A stretch of DNA of 64,000 nucleotides from Octopus vulgaris (lineage: Eukaryota), in the NCBI GenBank assembly GCA_951406725.2, contig OX597826.1, forward strand, positions 77,748,001 to 77,812,000. The letters are read 5' to 3'. A program made the translations under genes and the position numbers. The notes under the pieces are model-generated. The model searched no databases. It had not been told where the DNA came from and was given only the letters and a program-made list of their open reading frames with translations. This document shows, piece after piece, positions 42,371-54,678 of the stretch (position 1 is its first letter; each line of letters begins with the position of its first letter).

Positions 42371-42731
42371 CATGCATATATATGTATATTAATATCAAAT
42401 GTGCATATATAAAAATGCATACCTGTGTACAGTCACACATACTTACAAGCACACTTACAATGCCTATCTACCTATCTACCTATCTACCTATTTAGCTAGC
42501 AGGCAAGCTAGCTAGTTGTCTGCTTCTCTCTAAGTTTATCCTTATTTTGTCTTCTTCAGTAAGTGTTTGAATGACAAAAGATGTTTGTGTTTACACACAC
42601 ACACACATACACACACACACATACGCACATACACACACACACGGTGATACATGCATCCATACATATATACATACATTATACATGCATACATATATATACA
42701 TATATACACACATATATATATATATATATAT

Positions 42732-42762
<31 letters not shown>

Positions 42763-43166
42763 CGTGTGTGTGTGTGTATGTATATATATATATTGATACA
42801 GATATATTTATGTGCACACACACACACACACACATATATGCATCTAATATAAATATTGAACGACGTCTTTATACGTAATGGCAAAGATGCATTCCCATAT
42901 GTGTATATTCAGATATACAGCCACATACTCACCACACACACACACTCTTTCTCCGTCTCTGTCTCTCTCTCTCTCTCTGTCTCTCTCTCTCTCTTATTCA
43001 TTTAATTAGTTGACACACATTTATACAAGTTCATCGGCGTCTATTTATTTTCCTTTTTCTCTCTTTTCCGCTCGACTCCCCCCTCCCCACCTTTGTCATT
43101 CCTTATCAATCTATATCGCACTCTTCCTCAATCTCTCCTCCTATGCATATGCATGTGTATGTGTAT

Positions 43167-43197
<31 letters not shown>

Positions 43198-43305
43198 AAT
43201 ATATAATATATATATACGTATATATATATAACATATATATACATATATATGTATATGTACTATATATATTATAAATATCTAACTAAATTACGATATATAT
43301 ATATG

Positions 43306-43371
<66 letters not shown>

Positions 43372-43397
43372 TACATATATATATACATGCATGTATG

Positions 43398-43439
<42 letters not shown>

Positions 43440-43457
43440 GCATATATATACATATGC

Positions 43458-43514
<57 letters not shown>

Positions 43515-43712
43515 TACACATGCATGTATGTGTGTGTGTATGTGTGTGTGTGTGTGTGTGTGTGTTATTTACCTTAGAACATATTTTCATAACTGAAAGA
43601 TTTTTTTCCTCATATTTATATTTGAAAGGAAATTTCATTATTAAGAATTTTTAACAAATTATTAATTTCTTAAGTTGGCGCAATGCCTCAGAGTTTGTTA
43701 TTGGTGAAGATA

Positions 43713-43846
43713 ATAATTAGCTTCAGGCCAACTCTGTCCGAGCAAACGTATAATGAAAGACAATCCAACCATGACTACACTGCCTTTTGTGTCTCTAGAA
43801 CTACAAGGTCTAATGTGTGTCATACCCCGTGTTTTTACTTTCATGA
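43713..43846 (+). repeat. Left arm of a 134-bp inverted duplication (partner 48081-48214)
   Basis: Three mismatches against the reverse complement of 48081-48214. Confidence 0.95.
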
Positions 43847-44329
43847 CGGTGGAGTGTGGTTCTGTGGGGTCCATCATTCCAAAGTATAGAGCCAACGTTT
43901 CCAGTTCGTATCGGAAAAGGCACCTAAAGACGGCTGAGCTAGGGTTTGCACTCCGACCATGTAAATCCTCACCAGCAGCGACTTCCCAAACAGATACCTG
44001 GATTGGAGGGTTGTCACCTGAATGGTGCAAAGGTGACATTCACCAGAAGAAGGTAATCACCGACAATTAATGGATGTGGCGAACCGTTGCAATAGCGCAT
44101 GCTCCCACATCTGACCTAACCTAGTCTATAGCTGGTACGTTAATGATGTCATATAGAAATGAAGGAGAAGGTGGCGAGCTGGCAGATGTTTTATCATGCC
44201 GGACAAAATGGTTAACAGTATTTCGTCCGTTTTTACCTTCAGAGCTCAAATTCTATGGAAGCCGGCTTTGCCTTTCATCTTTTTGTGGGTTGATGAAATA
44301 AGAATGAATTGCTTTCACGGACCCCTCAA

Positions 44330-44729
44330 AAACTATAAGAAACTGGACATTGTTGTGGTGAATAAAAAAGAAAGAACAGCTATGATAATTGACATATCAT
44401 GTCCTGGTGACAACAGGATCAATGGGAAAGAAGAAAGAAAAAATAAACAACTATGACGATTTGAAATAGGAGATACGAAGAGAATAGACGTGATACCAAT
44501 AGTAATTGGTGCACTTGGAAGTATCAGCACTCAACTACCAGCATGGCTGGAAAAGATCGGTGCAAGTGTGAAGGTAGAAGACCTAGAAAAATCAGCATTG
44601 CTTGGAAGTGCAAGAATTCTTCGTAGGGTTCTGGAAGCATGACCAGTAAACAAGTGTCACCTTAATCTGCTGGCTGTGGACAGCTGAAATTTTCCATCAT
44701 TACCAGCAAAATAAGCTGTAAGTTTTCAT
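44330..44729 (+). mobile_element. R4/Dong-like RLE retrotransposon 3' fragment A
   Basis: KLDIVVVNKKERTAMIIDISCPGDNRI...VIPIVIGALG...LEKSALLGSARILRRVLEA* (stop 44640-44642), a short UTR, then (AAT)n. Confidence 0.88.
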
Positions 44730-44754
44730 ATAATGATAATAACAATAATAATTA

Positions 44755-44820
44755 ATTCGTTTATTGGCCACAAGGGCTGACAAAAATTAATTAAAACATA
44801 AAGGGACAAAACACAGGAAA
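44755..44820 (-). mobile_element. Isolated Tx1-like 3' terminus
   Basis: Sense TTTGTCCCTTTATG...TCAGCCCTTGTGGCCAATAAACGAAT resembles 15393-15440. Confidence 0.55.
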
Positions 44821-44827
44821 TATAATA

Positions 44828-44904
<77 letters not shown>

Positions 44905-44907
<3 letters not shown>

Positions 44908-45643
44908 GAGACTATTGATCATGTTGTCTCCATGTGCAGTTTTCTTGCGCCTACAGAGTATCTCAACAGGCATGATAGAGCTGCACGATATATTCACAGG
45001 GTAATTTGCAAAAACCTGGATTTGCCCCATGATAAAAACTGGTGGGAGAACAAACCACAACCACTGCTTGAAAATGACCACATCACACTCCTCTGGAACT
45101 TCGCCATTCAAACTGACAGAAAGATAGACGCGAATAGGCCAGACATCATAGTAAAAGACTTCAGACAAAAAACATGCCTCCTCATTGATATGACTGTCCC
45201 AATCGATATAAACGTATCTGTCAAGACCTACCAAAAACTGAGCAAATATAAAGATCTGGAAATAGAAATCAGCAAAATGTGGAACCTGAAGACTAAAACA
45301 ATACCTGTTGTCATAGGTGCCCTGGGAATGATAGAAAAAGGGGCTGATTGCTACCTAGCTCAGATACCAGGAACCCCCCAAATGGCAGAAATTCAAGATA
45401 GTGCTCATGGGAGCTACCCATATCCTATGTAAAATACTGTCTATGTAATCTCAAATTTTAAAATAAACACATAATTTTCGTATGGTTTCTTAAACATTCT
45501 CTAGAACAACATTATGTACAAAACCAAATATATGGCACCCTAGGCATAACACAAACATGAACTTCAGTCTTGTTGTCTCTTGAGGTCTCTGGGTGAGACT
45601 TGGAGTCAACTTGAACAAATGCAAAGCAAAAGTCAAACATAAA
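44905..45643 (+). mobile_element. R4/Dong-like retrotransposon 3' fragment B (partial CCHC, restriction-like endonuclease, 3' UTR)
   Basis: ETIDHVVSMC...YLNRHD...LLWNFAIQTDRKIDANRPDIIVKD....LLIDMTVP......KLSKYKDL...IPVVIGALG. Starts inside (AAT)n; frameshift near 45395. Confidence 0.93.
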
Positions 45644-45714
45644 ATAATGATGATGAGGAGGAGGATGAGGATGAGGATGATGATGATAGTAGTAGTAGTA
45701 GTAGCAGTAGTAGC

Positions 45715-45768
<54 letters not shown>

Positions 45769-45813
45769 TATAATAATAACAACAACAACAACAAAAACAA
45801 CAACAACAACAAC

Positions 45814-45847
<34 letters not shown>

Positions 45848-45868
45848 GTAATAACAATAATGATAAAT

Positions 45869-46018
45869 CAGAACGGGGCTACAATATGGGTGGAGCACTT
45901 GCAGAAAACAGCACTGCTTAGAACCGCTCGAATACTCCGGAAGGTGCTCGAAAAATAAGAGGTGTTACCTTAGTTCACCGTAGTACATCTCCAGCGTTAG
46001 AAGGTGTACAAAAGCAAC
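45869..46018 (+). mobile_element. R4/Dong-like 3' fragment C
   Basis: GATIWVEHLQKTALLRTARILRKVLEK*; UTR resembles fragment A. Confidence 0.8.
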
Positions 46019-46029
46019 GATGATAATAA

Positions 46030-46338
46030 ATCAGAACTACAAAGAATTCTTCCATGAGAACTGCCCACATTCTAAGAAGAACACTGTCAACCTGACAGCA
46101 TTTGTTTTTTCTTTGAAATCTTCCGAAAGCAAAATATTACAAATTTAACTGAAATTTTATTTCTCAGCGTCTGGTCTCTTTTCTCAACAATATATCATCC
46201 CTATTTGTAAATAACAACTATAGCAAAAAAAAAAGAAAAGAAAAAAAAAGAAAAAAAACGTCCAATGTGTCGTTGTTTGAGGTCTCTGGGTGAGACTTGG
46301 AACAGCTCGAATAAAATAAAGCAACAACGAAAATGAGT
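46030..46338 (+). mobile_element. R4/Dong-like 3' fragment D
   Basis: TAHILRRTLST*; UTR shares the 24-mer TGAGGTCTCTGGGTGAGACTTGGA with fragment B; followed by (AAT)n(AAG)n. Confidence 0.75.
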
Positions 46339-46339
46339 G

Positions 46340-46407
<68 letters not shown>

Positions 46408-46851
46408 AAAAAGAAGAAGAAGAAAAAGAAGAAGAAAAAGAAAAAGAAGAAGAAGAAAAAGAAGAAGAAGAAGAAGAAGAAGAAGAAGAAGAAGAAGAAG
46501 AAGAAGAAGAAGAAGAAGAAGAAGAAGAAGAAGAAGAAGAATGAAGAATGAGGAAGAGGAGGAGAACATGTAGAAGAAATATAAGAGCGATAGTGGAAAT
46601 AACTGCAAGAAATCTAGAATAGAATCTGAAATTCAAAAGAGTTGCTTCGTTATTTTTAGAGGGTATTTCGGTTTGTATTATATTTAGTTTTAGGCCTGTC
46701 AGCCACATTGTAATGGTTCGGAGTTTTTATCTCGGCGCGCGAGACATGCACACAAGGACATACACACACACACACACGCACACACACACACACACACAAA
46801 AGCACATGCACATATACGCATGTATGAGTGTGTACATGCATATATTTGTAA

Positions 46852-46892
<41 letters not shown>

Positions 46893-47004
46893 TACATATA
46901 TAAATAATATATATATATATATACACATGCATACATACACGCACTCATATAGACACATACACGCACACACACAAACACACAAATACACTCACAAACAAAC
47001 ACAA

Positions 47005-47050
<46 letters not shown>

Positions 47051-47397
47051 ACACGCACACATATATATCGCTCCGTTTCAGAAGTGAATGTCACTCCTCT
47101 CTTCATATTTTCTTAACGTATTTTCTCTTCCTTCACCAGTCTCTCCCCTCTCTCTCTCTCCCCTCCTTTTCTCTTTCATCCCTCTCTTTCTACTCTTCCC
47201 TTTCTATTACCTTTCTTGTCTTTCTTTTTCTTCTGTCGACGAATCTAATTCTCTTTCTGCCTTGATTTATAAAATTGCATTTTTCCTCATTTCAATTGCT
47301 TTTTATATTTCTCTATCCTAGTTTGGCAATTTATATGTATATATTTATCATTCACTCAATCAAACAATCATTCAATCAATCAAAATATCTACCTACC

Positions 47398-47457
<60 letters not shown>

Positions 47458-47550
47458 CATATATATAGTATTAATAAAATAGATGGTATATGTGTGTTTA
47501 TATATATATATATATATAGGTAGATATTTTGATTGATTGAATGGTTGTTT

Positions 47551-47601
<51 letters not shown>

Positions 47602-47603
47602 GT

Positions 47604-47651
<48 letters not shown>

Positions 47652-48025
47652 CCAATGAATTCGTAAAAATTGTACAGTTCAACTCCAAGTACGAAGATCT
47701 AACTTCAGAACGAGATCGAAATTGTGGTGCACTCTTGAAATTCATTGCAATTTGATGATAACAATGCTGGGTGAAAATGCAAAAAAAAAAAAAAAAGCAT
47801 AAAAAGCGTCCAATGGCTGGTGTAGAAGAATATGAAATCATGGGGCTATTTCGCCTGAGTGAATTAGATGAACAACAATAATGGAGAGTGTGTCTGTAGC
47901 GGTGTGACGACTTAATAATCTCCATGAGCTGAAGTGGGAGAGCAGCTGACACAATAAGAATATAAATCACAGTTTTCTTTTTAAAGTTTAATCGGAATAT
48001 AACAATAGAGTCCAGTCGTGTGTCG

Positions 48026-48084
48026 ATGATCTTCTTACAGATACTGATGAACATTAGGTTCATCAGTATCTGTAAGAAGATCAT
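48026..48084. repeat. Perfect 27-bp hairpin with a 5-nt loop
   Basis: ATGATCTTCTTACAGATACTGATGAAC-attag-GTTCATCAGTATCTGTAAGAAGATCAT. Confidence 0.97.
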
Positions 48085-48214
48085 GAAAGTAAAAACACGG
48101 GGTATGACACACATTAGACCTTGCAGTTCTAGAGACAGAAAAGGCAGTGTAGTCATGGTTGGATTGTCTTTGATTATACGTTTGCTCGGACAGAGTTGGC
48201 CTGAAGCTAATTAT
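48081..48214 (-). repeat. Right arm of the 134-bp inverted duplication
   Basis: See 43713-43846. The ORF track also shows mirrored peptides ([18 protein letters not shown]). Confidence 0.95.
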
Positions 48215-48249
48215 AATAATTTCCTACAATAATAAGTTCTCAAGTTCCT

Positions 48250-48860
48250 ACAAACCCTATATTTAACCTGTATACACAATAGGCTTTCAATCAAAGGTTA
48301 AATCTTATTAAACAAATATTAACTGCAACAAACACGCGTATGATATGAATCTCCTCTGTTGAAATAACTTTATGTAAAAATGAAGATAAATACAACCAGG
48401 TACTTTACAGTTGCCACTTCAAAGATTCAATAGCGTTTAAACTCAGCTTGGTCTCCATCAAAGACATCAGATGGAAAAATGTCATCTGGTTCAATCCAGC
48501 GTTGAGCAATAATGCCAAAACCTTCTTAATAAAACGATTCTTGTATTTAATCAACAAACACTTAAATAAAACCAAGAAACTCGGTAAATTATTCTTCAAC
48601 AGGAGAAAGATATAAACCAGTTAGACTCCAAAATCCTGTCGCAGAAAAATTCGTTCGTTCCATAACAATGGAATCATTCAATGCCAAAGAAGAGATAATT
48701 GCAACTCATTTCCTGGCGCATTCAGTCACATCTAGACGGTATGTGCATGGCTAATTCTATTATGAATCAGGCCAGCTGTACAGTGTTTTAAATCGGCCAA
48801 ACAGAAAATTAAGAGCGACATAGGATTTTCTTTAAACACTGCCAAAAAGAAAATACTGCA
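48250..48860 (+). mobile_element. Degraded Penelope-like element ORF (RT-thumb to GIY-YIG linker)
   Basis: From 48469: RWKNVIWFNPALSNNAKTFLIKRFLYLINKHLNKTKKLGKLFFNR, matching the PLE motif IWFNPPxSxNVKTxIGxxFLxLIxKHF...LxKIFNR. Then DGMCMANSIMNQA and KSDIG (YIG-like). Confidence 0.8.
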
Positions 48861-49003
48861 TCGTCTCGGAGCACATATGACAAAAATGATATGCCTGAGT
48901 TTAGCGAAGGAATGAGAGAAAATAAACAGAGAGAATAAAAAAACACGTGTGGATTTAGCGATCAAGCATGGCGACTACGTATGTATGTATGTATGTATGT
49001 GTC

Positions 49004-49089
<86 letters not shown>

Positions 49090-49093
<4 letters not shown>

Positions 49094-49280
49094 GGGAGAA
49101 TTCACAAGAAACCAAAAGATGAAGACAGGTGGTGTAGACAACAAACAGATATATTGCTTTAACGCTCGGGAAGTGAAAAAGTCTTTAACGTTTCGAGCCT
49201 ACGATCTTCCACAGAAAGGAACACAGAAAGAAACAGTGAGAGAAAAGAATGTGTAGTGGCTAGCGATCTATCATGGCGAA
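49090..49280 (-). mobile_element. Short PLE-type repeat with a hammerhead-like motif (49183-49218)
   Basis: Sense cttt-CTGTGGA-a-gatc gtag gctc-GAAA-cg-TT-aaag; core is non-canonical. Another fragment of its end lies at 48915-48974. Confidence 0.6.
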
Positions 49281-50099
49281 TATATATATGTATATATTAC
49301 TACCAGACCTCGCGTTAATGTATGTAGTGCACTTGGCACTTTATATACAGAAATGCACTGCCTAACCTGGGTATGCAGCTATATATATATATATATATAT
49401 ATGTATACAGTATATATATTGTATATATACTGATTATATGTGTGTGTGAGTGTGTGTGCATTGCTTATCTTCTTTTTCCCATTTCATTCATTTCCTGTAT
49501 TTCCTGTTGTTGCTGTTGTTGTTTTTGAGGTTGTATGTTTGAGTGGTTCATCATCCAGCGACCGCATTCCTCGTCGACTGATTGATTCTCTAATATGTTA
49601 TTCTAGACAATCGAACACCCGCAACAAATTTCTCCACCACCACCATCAACACCACCACCACCACAACCATCACCACCACCACCACCAACAACAACAAGGA
49701 AAATGAATAAAGCAATTAAATAAACAAAAATAAAACAAAAAAACAAAACACATCTACAGTAACGGTAACAACATTGAAAAAGCTAACAGTTAACAAGACA
49801 AACAAAAACAACCAACAAAATCAACATTAACCGAAAGAACACGACCATTATTCTCATCCTCATCATTATCATCATCATCATCATTATCATCATCATCATC
49901 TACGGCAGCAGCAACAGCAGCAGTAGCAAAGCAGCAGCAAAGAACAATAACAACAATAACTATAACAAAATCAACGGTTAGCAGAAAATATAGAGGTAAG
50001 AAGCTTGCTTCTCATCCACATGGTTCCTGGTTCAGTCAACCAAATGGGACCTTAGGCAATTCTCTCTCTCTCTCTCTCTGTACACACATACACGCACGT

Positions 50100-50132
<33 letters not shown>

Positions 50133-50184
50133 CACGCATACACACACACACACACGCACGCACACACACATATATATATATATA

Positions 50185-50318
50185 AGGGCATCCAGCTGTA
50201 GAAACTTTGCCAGATCAGACTGAGCCTGGTGCAGCCTCAGGCTCACCAGTCCTCAGTCAAACCGTCCAACCTATGCCAGCATGGAAAGCAGACGTTAAAC
50301 GATGATGATGATGATGAT
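50185..50318 (+). mobile_element. RTE-type 3' tail ending in (GAT)n
   Basis: AAGGGCATCCAGCTGTAGAAAC...CCGTCCAACCTATGCCAGCATGGAAAGCAGACGTTAAACGATGATGATG. Assignment is from memory. Confidence 0.6.
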
Positions 50319-50513
50319 ATATATATGAATATAGCCACAATGAGGATATTCAGACCTCTTATAGGGATATTTTTTATCCAAAGATACACTGGTTTAATAT
50401 ATTATATTTTGAAGAAATATTTCTTCAGTGAATATAAGATATCAAATATTATTAAACCTGATATAGGAGACATACAATGGATACAAATTAACATATCAAT
50501 TAATTAACATCAC

Positions 50514-50617
50514 CACCTACAATTGTTTCATTTCTCAACCAAAATTAAAACAACAAAACACATATAAATATATAATCCTGCATTTTAAAACAGCTTGGGT
50601 CGAAAATCATCAGGGTG
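50514..50617 (-). ncRNA. Type I hammerhead with large loop II, in the left arm of a ~150-bp inverted repeat
   Basis: Sense cacc-CTGATGA-ttttcgacc...ggttgagaaat-GAAA-caattg-TA-ggtg. A truncated inverted copy lies at 50710-50863. Confidence 0.78.
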
Positions 50618-50862
50618 TAAAAAAGGAAAATACAAAGATTACATTATGATCCGTTGGAATACTTCAATATACTCAGAACATATAATCATGTTCATCATAT
50701 GTATGTGTATTTTAAAATGCACGATTATGTATTTATATATGTTTTGTAGCTTTAATTTTGGTTGAGAAATGAAACAATTGTAGGAGATTATGTTAATTAA
50801 TAAATTAGTTTGCATCCATTTATCTTTCCGTTTTCAAACAATAAATAATATTTGATATTTTA

Positions 50863-50914
<52 letters not shown>

Positions 50915-51059
50915 TACGGAGATGTACTTGCATAGCAAGTGATTTGATCTGAGATCCTGTGCTGAAACGAAAACAACGTTTTCTGTTGAACGGCTTCTGT
51001 GTGTTTCTGAAATGGCTTAAAAACACCTTCCACGCTGCAATTGTTTATATATACATACA

Positions 51060-51095
<36 letters not shown>

Positions 51096-51139
51096 TATTT
51101 ATATGTATATACATATATATATGTACATACATATATGTG

Positions 51140-51175
<36 letters not shown>

Positions 51176-51199
51176 CATACACACATATACGTATGTGTG

Positions 51200-51425
51200 T
51201 GTGTGTGTGAATGTCTTTGTCCTTGATTTTGTGGCTCCACCGCTGATTGACGATTGGTGTTGATGAGTTTTATGTCCCTCTAACCTAGCAGTTCGGCAAA
51301 AGAACCGACATAGAAAGTACAAGACTTAGAAAAATATGTACTGGTGTCGACATTCGACTGAAAATTCTTCAAGATAATGCCCCAGCATGGCCGCAGCCAG
51401 ATGACTGAAAGAAGCAGAAGTTAAT
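51200..51425 (+). mobile_element. SINE family B, 3' half, diverged
   Basis: GCAGTTCGGCAAAAGAACCGA...GCCCCAGCATGGCCGCAGCCAGATGACTGAAA. Confidence 0.75.
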
Positions 51426-51791
51426 GAATTAAAAAATAAATAAATAAATAAACTGCAGAATCAGCTGCGTTCGTAATAAACACAGGTGACCAGTCATACT
51501 CAAAGTGGTTGCCCGGTCCGCTAAAAATAGCAGCTAGGTTTCTTTCAAATAGATATCTATTGTCTTAAACACGGAAATGACACACTGAATAATTAGTGAT
51601 ATGATGCTAGCTGTACAAAGTCTGTAAATACGAGGAGATGGTCCGATTGGGAGCACCCCGGATAATAGGTCTCTTTACTCGTGACTGACCACGGGTTATA
51701 CTATTACGTAAAAGTAAACAGAATAACGAACCCTAAACTTTTTACTATAAAGGACTCCTTTAATTTAGATGGATTTTGGAACTGACCCAGG

Positions 51792-51972
51792 CAGTAGCGT
51801 AGCGAAGGTGGGAACGATGGAGGAAGAAAGGGGCCAACAGTGGCGATCCGATTCTGGTGGGGCTTTGATGGAGGCGGCACTTTTGGGTCCTCTGTAACAA
51901 CCTGTATACAGGGGTGGAGGCAGCAGAGTCAAGAGCTGCCCCAGGGTGGCACTCATTCTAGCTAGGCCACTG
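51792..51972. mobile_element. Possible small hAT-type MITE
   Basis: GC-rich island with imperfect TIRs CAGTAGCGTAGC / GCTAGGCCACTG. No TSD found. Confidence 0.5.
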
Positions 51973-52689
51973 ACATAACAGGGTTTTGAAAGTTCTGCTT
52001 CTCTGTTGGAAAAATTTCAAACTCAACTCACGGACTTCGGTAGTATCTTAGCGGACCCCAGGGTGGGAATCGCAGAGACTGAATGAGAGCTGAAGTCTAA
52101 GAAATCAAGCATAAATGGACCAAAAGGAGAGTAAAAAACCAACAGCATCGGTAGTTGTAGCAGCAGCAACAGCAGCAGCAGCAGCAGCAGCAGCAAGTGT
52201 ATCACTAAGAGCAGTAATAAATGGAAAAAAGAATTGTTCAACAGAAAAAGAGAGCAGCAACAAGAAGAATAACAAGAACACACAAAATACAAACACTTCA
52301 ACAAAACTCTAACTATAATTAACAACAACAACAACAGCAACAATAACAGCCACAAGAACAGCAATAACAACTATAAGGCAAACATGAAAAAAAGTAAAAT
52401 GGCAGCGAAAATGATTTACAAGGTGTTGTTTTGTTGCTTTTGTTATTTCCATTTTGTCGGTTTTTTTCTTTTCCTTTCAATATCTTGTCTTATAAAAACT
52501 AACAAATTTTGTCCGACATACTTTCGCAGAAACCAGCAAGAAACGGATGGCGCCATCTATCTACCTTTCAGAGATTGGGGGAGATTATGTGAGATTACTG
52601 GGAACCATGGTAGCATTGATCTGCTCCGATTTGTTTTCAGTCTTCGATAAAGCAAACGAGAAATTCTTGCTAGAATTGCTGTTAATGGC

Positions 52690-53105
52690 GGTGTTTATTT
52701 TTAGGTCTGCCCACGTCGTGCAGATCTTTGGTGAAAGACGTTCTAGCGATGCCCAGCCTAGTTTTTGTTCAGACAGATCATATTGAAGAACATTTTTCAG
52801 TCCGGCTCATTTTTAAGACGCTAAGATATGATGTGAGGGTTATTTGACTGCTATTTCCCGAAGGTTGAGTGTCGTTCTTTGTAGGCTTAGATTCCTCATT
52901 AGTTCTTTGAGATGCTATTGTTGGCATTGTTGTTCACTTTATCGTTGTTCTTTAGTAACAAAATACTCTTCACCGTGTAGATTCACCAGACAACATATTC
53001 CAGCGGTGACCATCAATTATCAATTGTCTTTTTATAAAACGGTAGAATATGATTCAAGGCATAGTTAGCTGCTATTTTTAGCAGATAAAGTGACTTTATA
53101 GAAGC
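52690..53105 (+). mobile_element. Two tandem copies of an old unclassified interspersed repeat
   Basis: The motif TTTG(G/A)CTGCTATTT(C)TAGCAG and upstream CATTCCAGC.GTGACCATC also occur near 1750-2175, 11455-11590, 14030-14120 (-), 39350-39410 and 51490-51690 (-). Confidence 0.6.
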
Positions 53106-53251
53106 TTTCTCACTGCCCTGCTGAGTCCGTCATAAATAGTAGAAGTAAAAAGAGGCGGAGATAAGACAAAAGACTGTGTGCAGTGGTTAGTTTGTGAAAA
53201 TGTTGAGATGAACGTCTTGGGGCGGTGAACATACATGCTTACGTTCACTAT

Positions 53252-53638
53252 GGTGGAAGCTCTCCGTCGGTTACGACGATGAGGGTTCCGGTTGATCCGA
53301 TTAACAGAACAGCCTGCTCGTGAAATTAACGTGTAAGTGGCTGAGTACTCCACAGACACGTGTACCCTTAACGTAGTTCTCGGGGATATTCAGCGTGACA
53401 CAGAGAGTGACAAGGCCGGCCCTTTGAAATACAGGTACAGCAGAAACAGGAAGTAAGAGTGAGAGAAAGTTGTGGTGAAAGAGTACAGCAGGGATCACCA
53501 CCATCCCCTGCCGGAGCCTCGTGGAACTTTTAGGTGTTTTCGCTCAATAAACACTCACAACGCCCGGTCTGGGAATCGAAACCGCGATCCTACGACTGCG
53601 AGTCCGCTGCCCTAACCACCGGGCCATTGCTCCTCCAC
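53252..53638 (-). mobile_element. SINE family C, full length
   Basis: About 90% like 35933-36320. 11-bp TSD ACGTTCACTAT at 53241-53251 and 53639-53649. Confidence 0.93.
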
Positions 53639-54257
53639 ACGTTCACTATACCATTACATACAACTAGTAAACGAAAGCCCGTATCAAATCCACTATTTGC
53701 GAATGATTAGTATCATGATACAAAGATAACAAAGAGTGTGGTTGAACGATATCAAGAAACCGACAGCGAAAGAAGATGATTTAAAACAGAATTTGTGAAA
53801 GGCCACCAAAATGGCGGATTAGGTCGGATTTTTTGCTTGGGACATACAACTTCATAAAGCTACGGCTTTTCGTTACTTGAAACACCTCAGTCCCCTGCTA
53901 AAGTACAAGCTCAACTCGGTCGTCCATGTAGCAGAGAAGATCTGGTGTCGTATGTTACGGTTCTTGTTCTTTGTCAGTTTTACGGAATACATCGTATATC
54001 TCATTCCAAGCCAATTTCAGAGTTCCTATTTCGGGCAGTTCACACATACTCGCCAGCAATTCGTTACGTCTATTTTCAGTGTTAAAATAGCGTTCTCTAT
54101 AAATATTTGGTGGATCCTAGAATTGTCATATCCTCATTACGAAAAATTGTTCTCTGTCTCTCCCACGTTTTCATTTTTTTATATGTTGTTTTCTTTAATC
54201 TTTTCGCAGCGTTTCCCAATCGATAATTTTCATCAGAATTTATAGAACTTTAAGCTA

Positions 54258-54329
<72 letters not shown>

Positions 54330-54344
54330 GTAATAATAAATAGA

Positions 54345-54600
54345 AATAATTCCTATCATAGTAGGCGCATTAGGTATGATAAAAAATATTCAGATAAATA
54401 CATAACAAAAACACCAGGATTTTCAAACATATATAACATACAGAAAATTGCCCTACTGGGCACTGCACACGTCCTACGCAAAACATTTTCAATACAGTAA
54501 CCATCAGAGCATCACAACAAATCACAGCACATACCCAAGGCACACAGAGCTACGCTCGGTAGTGAAATGAAAGTACGCTATAAAAATAAAACAACTGAAT
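54345..54600 (+). mobile_element. R4/Dong-like 3' fragment E inside (TAA)n
   Basis: IIPIIVGALGMIK/..YNIQKIALLGTAHVLRKTFSIQ*. Confidence 0.88.
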
Positions 54601-54626
54601 AATAGTAATAATAATGATAATAACAA

Positions 54627-54677
<51 letters not shown>

Positions 54678-54678
<1 letters not shown>

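Noticed and set aside
44932-45432. 166-aa ORF as a host nuclease gene
   Set aside because: It is the 5'-truncated, frameshifted endonuclease end of a Dong/R4-like retrotransposon.
47650-47930. Possible mariner N-terminal relic (ELDEQQ*WRVC)
   Set aside because: Similarity is too weak to call by eye.
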